Assembly (NCBI GenBank): GCA_015663075.1
Contig: DQSV01000086.1
Location: 1 to 15,162, forward strand
Direction of reading: 5' to 3'
From: Methanothermococcus okinawensis
GTDB taxonomy: Archaea > AGJL01 > Methanococci > Methanococcales > Methanococcaceae
DNA: 15,162 nucleotides
A model generated the notes under the pieces. That model saw only the letters and a program-made list of their open reading frames with translations, ran no database searches and was not told the DNA's origin. Shown here in pieces: positions 7,906 to 15,162 of the stretch. Position 1 is the stretch's first letter. Each line of letters starts with the position of its first letter. A program made the position numbers and the translations under genes.

Positions 7906-9168
7906 TTATTCATTAAAATCTCCATCTTTATACTTCCTATAGGAGTTCTTTAAAATTTCTATTACTGGAAGTTTTTTTCCTGCCAAGAATTCAATGCATG
8001 CTCCTCCCCCAGTACTTATATGATTTATATCATTGGAAACCCCCACAATACCTGCAACTGCCGATAGATGGCCTCCCCCTATAACAGTAAAGGCTTTAGA
8101 TTTTGTCATGGCATAAAGTATCTCAGCAGTTCCTTTTAAAAAGTTTTTATTTTCAAAAACCCCCGCTGGACCATTTGCAACTATGGTTTTAGATTCTCTT
8201 ATTATATCGCTATAGTAGGCTATAGTTTCTGTACCTATATCATGTATAGGATAAATGATCCTTTTTTCCAAAGTTAGTTCCATTTCCTCCCTTTGGCCTT
8301 CAATGTTCAATGCGACATCTATTGGAGTTTCTATCTTATCCCCATAGGTCTCCAATAAATCCTTGGCTATCTCTATTTGATTTAGGTATCCCATATGCCT
8401 AATAACATCTTTATTTGGGCCCAAGTCATAGCCCTTAGCAATTAAAAATATGTTTGCTACAATACCTGTTGTCAATACTCTATCACCAGAGTTGTTCTTC
8501 AAAACATTTTTAATAACCTCTATACTGTCATCAGCCTTTGCTCCTCCAAGTATAAAAATTGAGGGCTTATCAGGATTCTTTATAATTTTATCAAGGGTTT
8601 TTATTTCTCTTTCCATGATCCTTCCAGCAATCACTGGCATATAGTATGCAAAACCTACTAAGGATGGCTGAGCCCTATGGGCTGCTGCAAAGGCATCATT
8701 TATAAAATAATCAAATAGGGAATGAAGTTGTTTTATCATTATGGTTTTTCCCTGTTTTTTTGGACAGGATGTCCCCTCCCAATTATTCCAATCCTTTAGT
8801 ACTTCCTCAGAGTAAAATCTAACATTCTCCAACAACAATATTTCTCCATCTGCCATTCTCTTTACTGAATTTATAGCATGGGAACCAAATAGGTCATCAA
8901 CATAATACACTTCACTATCTAAGGATTCAGATAGTTTTTGGGCATGGGCACATAACGGCGTAAAATCTTTTTTACCAGGCCTACTTTGATGTGCTAATAT
9001 TACAACCTTTGCCCCATTATTGGAGAGTTCCTTTATTGTAGATATACATGCCCTAATTCTTGTATCATCCAATATGGTATGGTTATTCACATCCATAGGA
9101 CTATTTATATCCACCCTCAATGCCACTGTTTTTCCTTCAAAATCAAAATCATCAATAGTTAAAAACAT
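7906..9168 (-). CDS. pgk: Phosphoglycerate kinase, archaeal type
   Basis: The full-length match includes N-terminal [24 protein letters not shown], and C-terminal [17 protein letters not shown]. An AGGAGGG RBS lies 5 nt upstream of the ATG at 9168. Confidence 0.95.
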   Translation of the reverse strand: MFLTIDDFDFEGKTVALRVDINSPMDVNNHTILDDTRIRACISTIKELSNNGAKVVILAHQSRPGKKDFTPLCAHAQKLSESLDSEVYYVDDLFGSHAINSVKRMADGEILLLENVRFYSEEVLKDWNNWEGTSCPKKQGKTIMIKQLHSLFDYFINDAFAAAHRAQPSLVGFAYYMPVIAGRIMEREIKTLDKIIKNPDKPSIFILGGAKADDSIEVIKNVLKNNSGDRVLTTGIVANIFLIAKGYDLGPNKDVIRHMGYLNQIEIAKDLLETYGDKIETPIDVALNIEGQREEMELTLEKRIIYPIHDIGTETIAYYSDIIRESKTIVANGPAGVFENKNFLKGTAEILYAMTKSKAFTVIGGGHLSAVAGIVGVSNDINHISTGGGACIEFLAGKKLPVIEILKNSYRKYKDGDFNE

Positions 9169-9498
9169 AATATCCCTCCTTTTTTAGAATAATATTTTCT
9201 TTTTATATTTTTTATTTTTTAATAAAATTACAAAAATTACAATCTATACTATGTCAAATATAATTTATTAACTTATAAGGTATAATACTGGCACACATAA
9301 GCCATAATGTGCATTATTAAAATTTAATTAATATTTATATTAAATTAATATTAATTAATAAAAACTGCTTTTTACATTATTTATATTATCTTTTTACTTA
9401 TGTTAGTATAATTTATTTTATGATATTTTATCCAATTAGTCATATTTTTAAATAATTAAGAAATGAATAAAAAATTTAATAATTTAAAAAGGGAAATA

Positions 9499-10869
9499 AT
9501 GGAAAACTTTAAAAGAGTAGTATTGGCTGGAACCTCTTCAATGGTGGGTAAAACAACAATAGCCACTGGGATAATGAGAGCCCTTTCTAAGAAATACAAT
9601 GTGCAACCTTATAAGGTAGGGCCTGATTATATAGACCCCACATACCATACAGTAGCCACTGGAAATCATAGTAAAAATTTGGATTCTTTTTTTATGGAGG
9701 ATCATCAAATTAGAGAGTTATTTAAAAGAAACTCTAAAAATAAGGATATAAGTATTATTGAGGGAGTTAGGGGATTGTATGAGGGAATATCTCCCTATAA
9801 CAATGTAGGGAGCACTGCCTCAATTTCAAAGTCCTTAGAAACTCCAGTGATTTTAATAATGGATTGTAGAAGTTTAACAAGAAGTGCTGCAGCAATAATT
9901 AAAGGATTTAAAAGTTTTGATGATGAGGTAAAAATTAAAGGAGTTATATTTAATAAAATAAGAGGAGAATCTCATTATAAAAAATTAAAAGAGGCTGTAT
10001 CCTATTATATTCCGGACATAGAGATAATTGGGGCCATACCAAGGGATAAAAATATTGAAGTATCCCAGAGGCATTTGGGCCTTATTCCTACTCCTGAAAA
10101 TATGGAGAGCATGGAAAAACAGATCGATTTATGGGGCTCTACTGTTGAAGAGTATCTTGATTTAGAAATTATTATGAATATAAGCAATAGTATTGAGTTT
10201 GAAGACAGAGAGGATTGCTATAATAATAAAGATTCTGAAGAAAATATACTGTGGAATATAGATAAAAACAGATGCACATTGGGCATAGCCTATGATGAGG
10301 CATTTAACTTCTATTATTGGGATAATTTAGATGCATTAGAGGAAAATGGGGCAAAAATTAAATTTTTCAGTCCATTAAGGGATGACACTATTCCCAATTG
10401 TGATGTACTTTACTTTGGAGGGGGGTATCCTGAGGTATTTGCCGAGAAATTGAGTAGTAATATATCCATGATAGATTCTATAAGGAACTTTGATGGTAAA
10501 ATATATGGAGAATGTGGCGGATTAATGTATTTAAGTAAATCCATAAATAACATTGAAATGGTGGGATTATTAAATTGTAAGTCCATTATGACAGAAAATG
10601 TTCAAGGATTAAGTTATGTTTTAGGAACCTTTAAGGAGAATTGTCCAATAGGAAAAAAAGGTCATACCTTTAAAGCCCATGAATTTCATTATTCTAAATT
10701 GATAGATATAGAGGAAAGAATATTTGCATACCATATAAACCGAGGAAAGGGAATAATAAATGGCATGGATGGCATACTATCCCATAAGGGGAGAGTTCTT
10801 GGAGGGTATGCCCATCAACATTGTGTGGGCAATCCATACTTTGCATCTAACCTGTTGAGGGATGAGTAA
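9499..10869 (+). CDS. Tetrapyrrole a,c-diamide synthase of the CbiA/CfbB family (cobyrinate or Ni-sirohydrochlorin a,c-diamide synthase)
   Basis: The N-terminal ATPase P-loop is [14 protein letters not shown], followed by [13 protein letters not shown]. The C-terminal glutamine amidotransferase domain has the GECGGLMYL catalytic Cys and HEFHYS. Start is re-called to ATG 9499 ([11 protein letters not shown]), which matches family N-termini. The 9463 start adds 12 A/T-encoded residues. Confidence 0.88.
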   Translation: MENFKRVVLAGTSSMVGKTTIATGIMRALSKKYNVQPYKVGPDYIDPTYHTVATGNHSKNLDSFFMEDHQIRELFKRNSKNKDISIIEGVRGLYEGISPYNNVGSTASISKSLETPVILIMDCRSLTRSAAAIIKGFKSFDDEVKIKGVIFNKIRGESHYKKLKEAVSYYIPDIEIIGAIPRDKNIEVSQRHLGLIPTPENMESMEKQIDLWGSTVEEYLDLEIIMNISNSIEFEDREDCYNNKDSEENILWNIDKNRCTLGIAYDEAFNFYYWDNLDALEENGAKIKFFSPLRDDTIPNCDVLYFGGGYPEVFAEKLSSNISMIDSIRNFDGKIYGECGGLMYLSKSINNIEMVGLLNCKSIMTENVQGLSYVLGTFKENCPIGKKGHTFKAHEFHYSKLIDIEERIFAYHINRGKGIINGMDGILSHKGRVLGGYAHQHCVGNPYFASNLLRDE

Positions 10870-10921
10870 CCATAGGGCCTAAGATAATATAGAACAATAA
10901 AATATTATTAAAATAATCTAC

Positions 10922-10934
10922 AAAGGTTTATATA
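10922..10934 (+). promoter_or_regulatory. Consensus archaeal promoter: A-rich BRE-like AAAGG followed by TATA box TTTATATA
   Basis: AAAGGTTTATATA has its TATA octamer at 10927-10934. The expected start site about 26 nt downstream falls on T/G at 10956/10957, exactly at the base of the first hairpin of the structured element. No protein ORF follows. Confidence 0.45.
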
Positions 10935-10956
10935 TTCCATTGACATAGAGTTTAAT

Positions 10957-11076
10957 GCAGTTGATTTAAGATGATACTGCATAAGACAGTCCCACCTATA
11001 AGGCGATCCTATGGAGTAGCCACTGGGTTTCAATGAACATAGGATTTTCCAAGGGTGGGTATATTCCTTCTGTCTT
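10957..11076 (+). ncRNA. Candidate structured small RNA of unknown family, with an H/ACA-like central hairpin
   Basis: This is a GC-enriched island, about 42% G+C by hand count, within nearly pure A/T spacer. Helices seen: ATGCAGT(10955-61)/ACTGCAT(10976-82); AAGACAG(10983-89)/CTGTCTT(11070-76); CCCACC(10991-96)/GGTGGG(11054-59); ATCCTATG(11006-13)/CATAGGAT(11038-45). The upstream TATA box and downstream T-runs (11109-12, 11117-21) fit a plus-strand transcript. The 3' end is uncertain. Confidence 0.4.
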
Positions 11077-11332
11077 TAATATTCACTATATTTCCATAAT
11101 AGATATTATTTTCATATTTTTATTTTGTATTGTTATTTTTTTAATATATTAAAATTTTAAAATTATTTTAATTATTTATTTTAATTATTATATTTTTATT
11201 TTTGTTATATCATTTCATATTATCATTTTTGTTATTTTTTTATTTTATATTGATTATATTATATGACCAATAATATTTTTTTGTATGATATTTTATTATT
11301 CAATATATTTAAAATTAAATAAATGTGATAAT

Positions 11333-12007
11333 ATGGTTTCAGCATTAATTCCTGTTTCACCATTGGAATCTGCAAAATCAAGATTAAAAAATTTTTTAAC
11401 ATCTGAAGAAAGAAAGAATCTCATAAAAAATATGCTTTTAGACGTATATTATGGAATAAAGGACCTATGTGATAATGTTTATATTGTAAGTAGAGATAGG
11501 GAAATATTATCATTTTCAAAGGAACTTAATATGATACAAATATATGAAGATGGGAGTAATGGGCTTAATGGAGCCCTATATGATGCAATTAATAGGATAA
11601 AGGAGAATTCTGTAATGATAGTGCCTGCTGACGTGCCACTAATTAGAAGGGTTAATTTAAGGGAAATAACAAATAAGTTGAAGGATACTAAGGAATCTGT
11701 GATAATATGTCCATCAAGAGGGGGCGGGACAAACTTATTGATTTTAAAACCCAAAAATATCATTAAACCTTCCTATGAGGGATTCAGTTTTATGAAACAT
11801 GTTGAACAATGTAATAAAAATAATTTAAATATGTCCATATTCTCTTCCTTTTACCTATCCATAGATATAAATACTGTTGAGGATTTAGGTGAGGTACTTA
11901 TTCATGGAAAGGATACCTATACCTATAAATATCTAAAAGAATTGGGAATATCTGCTTTTCCTAAGCACTCTTCAGCAGGGAGATTTGAAATTACAAGGGA
12001 CAAGTAA
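11333..12007 (+). CDS. cofC: 2-phospho-L-lactate guanylyltransferase (coenzyme F420 biosynthesis)
   Basis: [35 protein letters not shown] matches the CofC N-terminus, and the size is about 224 aa. Start is re-called to ATG 11333 (MVSALIPV), preceded by GTGAT. The 11285 start reads through A/T-rich promoter-like sequence. Confidence 0.85.
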   Translation: MVSALIPVSPLESAKSRLKNFLTSEERKNLIKNMLLDVYYGIKDLCDNVYIVSRDREILSFSKELNMIQIYEDGSNGLNGALYDAINRIKENSVMIVPADVPLIRRVNLREITNKLKDTKESVIICPSRGGGTNLLILKPKNIIKPSYEGFSFMKHVEQCNKNNLNMSIFSSFYLSIDINTVEDLGEVLIHGKDTYTYKYLKELGISAFPKHSSAGRFEITRDK

Positions 12008-12054
12008 GAGTACATAAATTTATAATTAGCATACTTACTTATTTTAGAATATTA

Positions 12055-12062
12055 TTTATATA
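12055..12062 (+). promoter_or_regulatory. Candidate TATA box for glgA
   Basis: A TTTATATA octamer is present. The predicted start site near 12085 places the tandem repeats (12091-12120) in the first roughly 35 nt of the transcript, immediately downstream of the promoter. Confidence 0.4.
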
Positions 12063-12090
12063 ATTATGGTGTATAATAATATATACAGCA

Positions 12091-12120
12091 GCATATAGTA
12101 GCATATAGTAGCATATAGAT
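12091..12120. repeat. Three head-to-tail copies of a 10-bp unit: GCATATAGTA, GCATATAGTA, GCATATAGAT
   Basis: Read directly from the sequence. The first two copies are identical. The third differs only by a swap of its last two bases. The array ends 3 nt before the AAGGTGA RBS of glgA. Confidence 0.9.
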
Positions 12121-12135
12121 TATAAGGTGATTCTT

Positions 12136-13713
12136 TTGAAAATTGCAATATTGGCACCTACCATAGCACCTTTAACATCTATAGGTGGATTGGGGGATGT
12201 TATAAGGGATTTATCCAAATTTTTAAAAAATAATGGAAATGATGTAGTTGTAATAACCCTTGACCACGATAATAAAATATCAAATCTAAAGCATAGTGTT
12301 GATGCAACCATAGACTTAAAATTCCAAGGGATTTCCCTTAAATTCAATGCTATAAAAACCAGGCATCCCAATACAGGAGTAGATATTGTAGCTTTTAGTA
12401 ATGAAAAAATTAATATGATGGATAGATGGGATCCATTAAAATATGAGTTATTTGCTGACCTATCGGTAATTTATTTAGATAGATTCCGGGATGTAGATTG
12501 TGTTTCAGGGCATGATTGGCCATGTGGCCTTGCAATAGCTAAATGCCATGAAAAATTAAACCTACCTACTACAATGACAATACACAATGAGGCCTTTAAG
12601 GGACCAATGAAGGAGTACAAGGGAACAGTAATGACCTTTTTAGAGTTGGGAATACACTACAGTGATGCATTCAATACAGTGAGTCCGACCCATAGTGAAG
12701 AAATAAAATCTATTGGTTTTATATTGGATCAAAGCAAAAAAAAGCCCTTTCACGGCATATTGAATGGCATAGATATTGAAAAAATCAATCCAGGTAATTT
12801 GGTAAATTACGTTATTTCATGCTCTGATAATAAAATAGATCCAAGAGAATTGGGAATTTTTGTAAGGGATTATGGCATGGGTGATGGATATATAGTTAAA
12901 CCAAAGATAAAATATTCCTGGTTCTGGAATGTCAATAACTTAAATAAATATATTGAAGAATGGAATAACATAGATAAAAGTACAATAACTGGGACAGATG
13001 TTCAATTGTATGGAAATATAAAATGCAATGACATAACAACGCCATTAATAGGATTTGTTGGCAGAGCAACATATCAAAAGGGGTTTGATATAATATTTGG
13101 GGCATTTTCCCAATTATTTGAGGAAAGCAATGTAAAACTTGTTATGCTTTCCAAAGGTGAAAAATCTATAGAAGAAGAGATGAAAAACTTTGCTGAAAGT
13201 TATAGCAACAATGTTATATCCATAATAGGGCACTGCCCTCCACTGGTTCCTATTCTATATGCAGGAGTTGATTGGAGCATAGTACCCTCAGTATGGGAAC
13301 CCTGTGGTTTAACTCAGATGGAATCCATGGCCTATGGTACACCAGTAATAGCAAGAGAGGTTGGTGGTTTAAAGGATACTATAATATCTCTAAATCCAGA
13401 TCCTATAGTAAATCCTAACTTTGATAGAGCCACAGGAGTATTATTTAAATATTATGACAATTATGGCTTAAAATGGGGAGTGGAGCATGCCCTCAATTGG
13501 ACATTCTATAGATTAAGGGATTTATGTTTATATATCACCTATCAGCATAGTGATTGTCCAGATAGTCCCTATGATAAAAATGGGCCTTTAAAGAAATTTA
13601 TGGAAAATTGTCAAAATCATGTAATTAGAAATTTAAGTTGGCAAAACAATAACAGTATCAATAAGTATAAGGCCCTTTTTGGAGGCTCCATATATCAACA
13701 TTATATGAAATAA
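12136..13713 (+). CDS. glgA: Glycogen (starch) synthase, GT5 GlgA-like glycosyltransferase
   Basis: The N-terminal KIAILAPTIAPLTSIGGLGDV carries a KxGGL-type motif. The C-terminal EPCGLTQMESMAYGTPVIAREVGGLKDT is the glycosyltransferase motif. The track's GTG at 12127 lies inside the AAGGTGA RBS itself. TTG 12136 sits 5 nt after it and gives MKIAILAP, a typical family N-terminus. Start choice is uncertain. Confidence 0.88.
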   Translation: MKIAILAPTIAPLTSIGGLGDVIRDLSKFLKNNGNDVVVITLDHDNKISNLKHSVDATIDLKFQGISLKFNAIKTRHPNTGVDIVAFSNEKINMMDRWDPLKYELFADLSVIYLDRFRDVDCVSGHDWPCGLAIAKCHEKLNLPTTMTIHNEAFKGPMKEYKGTVMTFLELGIHYSDAFNTVSPTHSEEIKSIGFILDQSKKKPFHGILNGIDIEKINPGNLVNYVISCSDNKIDPRELGIFVRDYGMGDGYIVKPKIKYSWFWNVNNLNKYIEEWNNIDKSTITGTDVQLYGNIKCNDITTPLIGFVGRATYQKGFDIIFGAFSQLFEESNVKLVMLSKGEKSIEEEMKNFAESYSNNVISIIGHCPPLVPILYAGVDWSIVPSVWEPCGLTQMESMAYGTPVIAREVGGLKDTIISLNPDPIVNPNFDRATGVLFKYYDNYGLKWGVEHALNWTFYRLRDLCLYITYQHSDCPDSPYDKNGPLKKFMENCQNHVIRNLSWQNNNSINKYKALFGGSIYQHYMK

Positions 13714-13852
13714 TATATATTTATGATAGATTTAGATTTAATAGTTAACAAAAATAAAATAAATAATAAAAATAATAAAAAATAATAATAAAAATAGAGA
13801 AATAAAAATTATAGATATTAGGATATGAAATTATAAAGGATATAATTAAAAT

Positions 13853-14884
13853 TTAAAAATATTTCTCTATATTCAATCCTTTTTTATCACATACTTCTTT
13901 TAATTTATTATACAACACATCATCTATTTCAATACCCTTTTTATTTTTATCAATATTCATTTTTTCTATCTCGCCAGGTATTAGTATTTTAAAGTTCTTG
14001 GCAGGTTTTGAATTTTTAATCTCCTCAATTAAAGCATCTACTTTTTCCATAAATTCATCTTTATCTCCAAAGAACTCAGGATTCAGGGCTATAAAAAGGT
14101 CCCCTTTGGTACATCTATCTGTTACAGTGGCAGTTCCTTTTACATTAGTGCCCATTTGAGCCCCACCAATTGCCGCTATTATTTCAATTGCCAGTGCAAG
14201 GGCATATCCCTTTGGTCCTCCAAATGGCAATATTCCCCCTTCTAAAGCCTTTTTAGGATCTGTTGTAGGGTTACCTTCTTTATCTATGGCACAGTTTTCT
14301 GGAATTTCTTTTTTAAGTCTCAGTGCCTCAAGTATTTTACCCCTTGCAATTGATGAGGTTGCCATATCCACAGAATAAACATGTTTCTTTCCCTTGATGG
14401 ATATTGCTATGGGATTGGTTCCCAATATCTTTTCAGTACCTCCAAAGGGAGCCATTGCAGGCTCAGTATTAGTAATTACAATACCAATTAAATTCTCCTT
14501 CAGTGCCATCTCTGAATAGTGCCCTGCAATACCAAAGTGGTTAGAATTTACAGTTGCCACCGCCCCAATACCAACATTTTTTGCTTTTTCTATGGCTAAT
14601 TTCATTGCCCTTTCGCCTATTACATAACCTAATCCCATATCTCCATCTATGGTTGCCACTGCAGGACTCTCTTTGATTATACTTATGTTTGGATTTATGT
14701 TTATGTTGCCTACCTCTATACTTGTGATGGTTTGTGGAAATCTACCTATCCCATGGGAATGGAATCCTTTTAAATCAGCCTCAACATATATATTTGCAGT
14801 GATCTCGGCATCCTCATTATCTACGCCATAACTTGTTAAAATATCCTTAATAAGTTCCTTTTCCTTCTCAGGCATAATTTTCAT
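13853..14884 (-). CDS. comC: L-sulfolactate dehydrogenase / Ldh_2-family malate dehydrogenase (coenzyme M biosynthesis)
   Basis: DAEITANIYVEADLKGFHSHGIGRFPQ and the downstream GxxGHY... and PFGGPKGYALA motifs are typical of the Ldh_2 family. From memory it resembles the M. jannaschii ComC N-terminus closely. A GGTGAT RBS lies 5 nt upstream of the ATG at 14884. Confidence 0.85.
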   Translation of the reverse strand: MKIMPEKEKELIKDILTSYGVDNEDAEITANIYVEADLKGFHSHGIGRFPQTITSIEVGNININPNISIIKESPAVATIDGDMGLGYVIGERAMKLAIEKAKNVGIGAVATVNSNHFGIAGHYSEMALKENLIGIVITNTEPAMAPFGGTEKILGTNPIAISIKGKKHVYSVDMATSSIARGKILEALRLKKEIPENCAIDKEGNPTTDPKKALEGGILPFGGPKGYALALAIEIIAAIGGAQMGTNVKGTATVTDRCTKGDLFIALNPEFFGDKDEFMEKVDALIEEIKNSKPAKNFKILIPGEIEKMNIDKNKKGIEIDDVLYNKLKEVCDKKGLNIEKYF

Positions 14885-14994
14885 ATAATATCACCAGATA
14901 TATTTATATCAATTAATACGTTTTTAATTATATACTATTATAAGTTATTAATTGTAATGATCCAATAATCCTCTATCCAATATCTTAATTTTCA

Positions 14995-15162
14995 TTATAA
15001 TCTTAAATATCCCATGTTGTAATAAACAATATCTCCATCATCATCCACAATGGCAATTATTAATTTTTTTCTTACAGAGTGGGCAACCCTAACAAATCCT
15101 GTAAGTTCTGAGATGGCACAGGGTCTATCTTCAGAAAAAACCTTTACGAGATACTCCGAATG
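14995..15162 (-). CDS. endA: tRNA-splicing endonuclease, C-terminal 55 codons; the gene continues beyond the window end
   Basis: This is not in the ORF track because it has no start in the window. The minus-strand frame reads HSEYLVKVFSEDRPCAISELTGFVRVAHSVRKKLIIAIVDDDGDIVYYNMGYLRL then a stop, with TAA at 14995-14997. From memory it closely matches the C-terminus of M. jannaschii EndA (...LSELTGFVRVAHSVRKKLLIAIVDADGDIVYYNM...). Confidence 0.8.
   Translation of the reverse strand, partial: HSEYLVKVFSEDRPCAISELTGFVRVAHSVRKKLIIAIVDDDGDIVYYNMGYLRL

Noticed and set aside
10955-10982. Hairpin 1 of the candidate ncRNA read as a K-loop or C'/D'-type L7Ae binding site (loop UGAUUUAAGAUGAU).
   Set aside because: I could not place tandem sheared G-A pairs with the required 3-nt bulge geometry. 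It is kept only as part of the larger ncRNA candidate, without a K-turn claim.
1-15162. A search for CRISPR arrays, transposases or IS ends, integrases, toxin-antitoxin pairs, restriction-modification or other defence genes, and in-frame TGA (selenocysteine) genes.
   Set aside because: None was found. All long ORFs are accounted for by conserved housekeeping families, none of the genes belongs to a known Methanococcales selenoprotein family, and no ORF appears split by an in-frame TGA.

Overview
Strongly AT-rich archaeal chromosome segment, almost certainly from a Methanococcales methanogen. The evidence is ComC (coenzyme M), CofC (F420), a CbiA/CfbB-type amidase, archaeal GlyRS, PGK and EndA, GGTGAT-type ribosome-binding sites and TTTATATA promoters. 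The comC-endA adjacency matches what I recall for Methanocaldococcus jannaschii. Twelve protein genes are supportable, two of them cut by the window edges, plus two tRNA genes: Glu-UUC and Arg-UCU. The content is core housekeeping: translation and RNA modification, central carbon metabolism, and cofactor biosynthesis. I see no CRISPR array, transposase, integrase or recognisable defence system, and I cannot support a claim of a new multi-gene system here. Five things merit a second look. (1) A roughly 120-nt GC-enriched, multi-helix candidate ncRNA with its own consensus TATA box lies in the cbiA-cofC spacer. (2) A decayed PP2C-like phosphatase relic sits in an 850-bp gap next to tRNA-Arg. (3) A multidomain Hanks-type Ser/Thr kinase lies next to a Dim2-like KH protein. 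(4) Three exact 10-bp tandem repeats lie between the predicted promoter and the RBS of glgA. (5) A perfect palindrome or hairpin in a GC island lies downstream of pgk. Several ORF-track starts appear over-extended and are re-called using RBS spacing.
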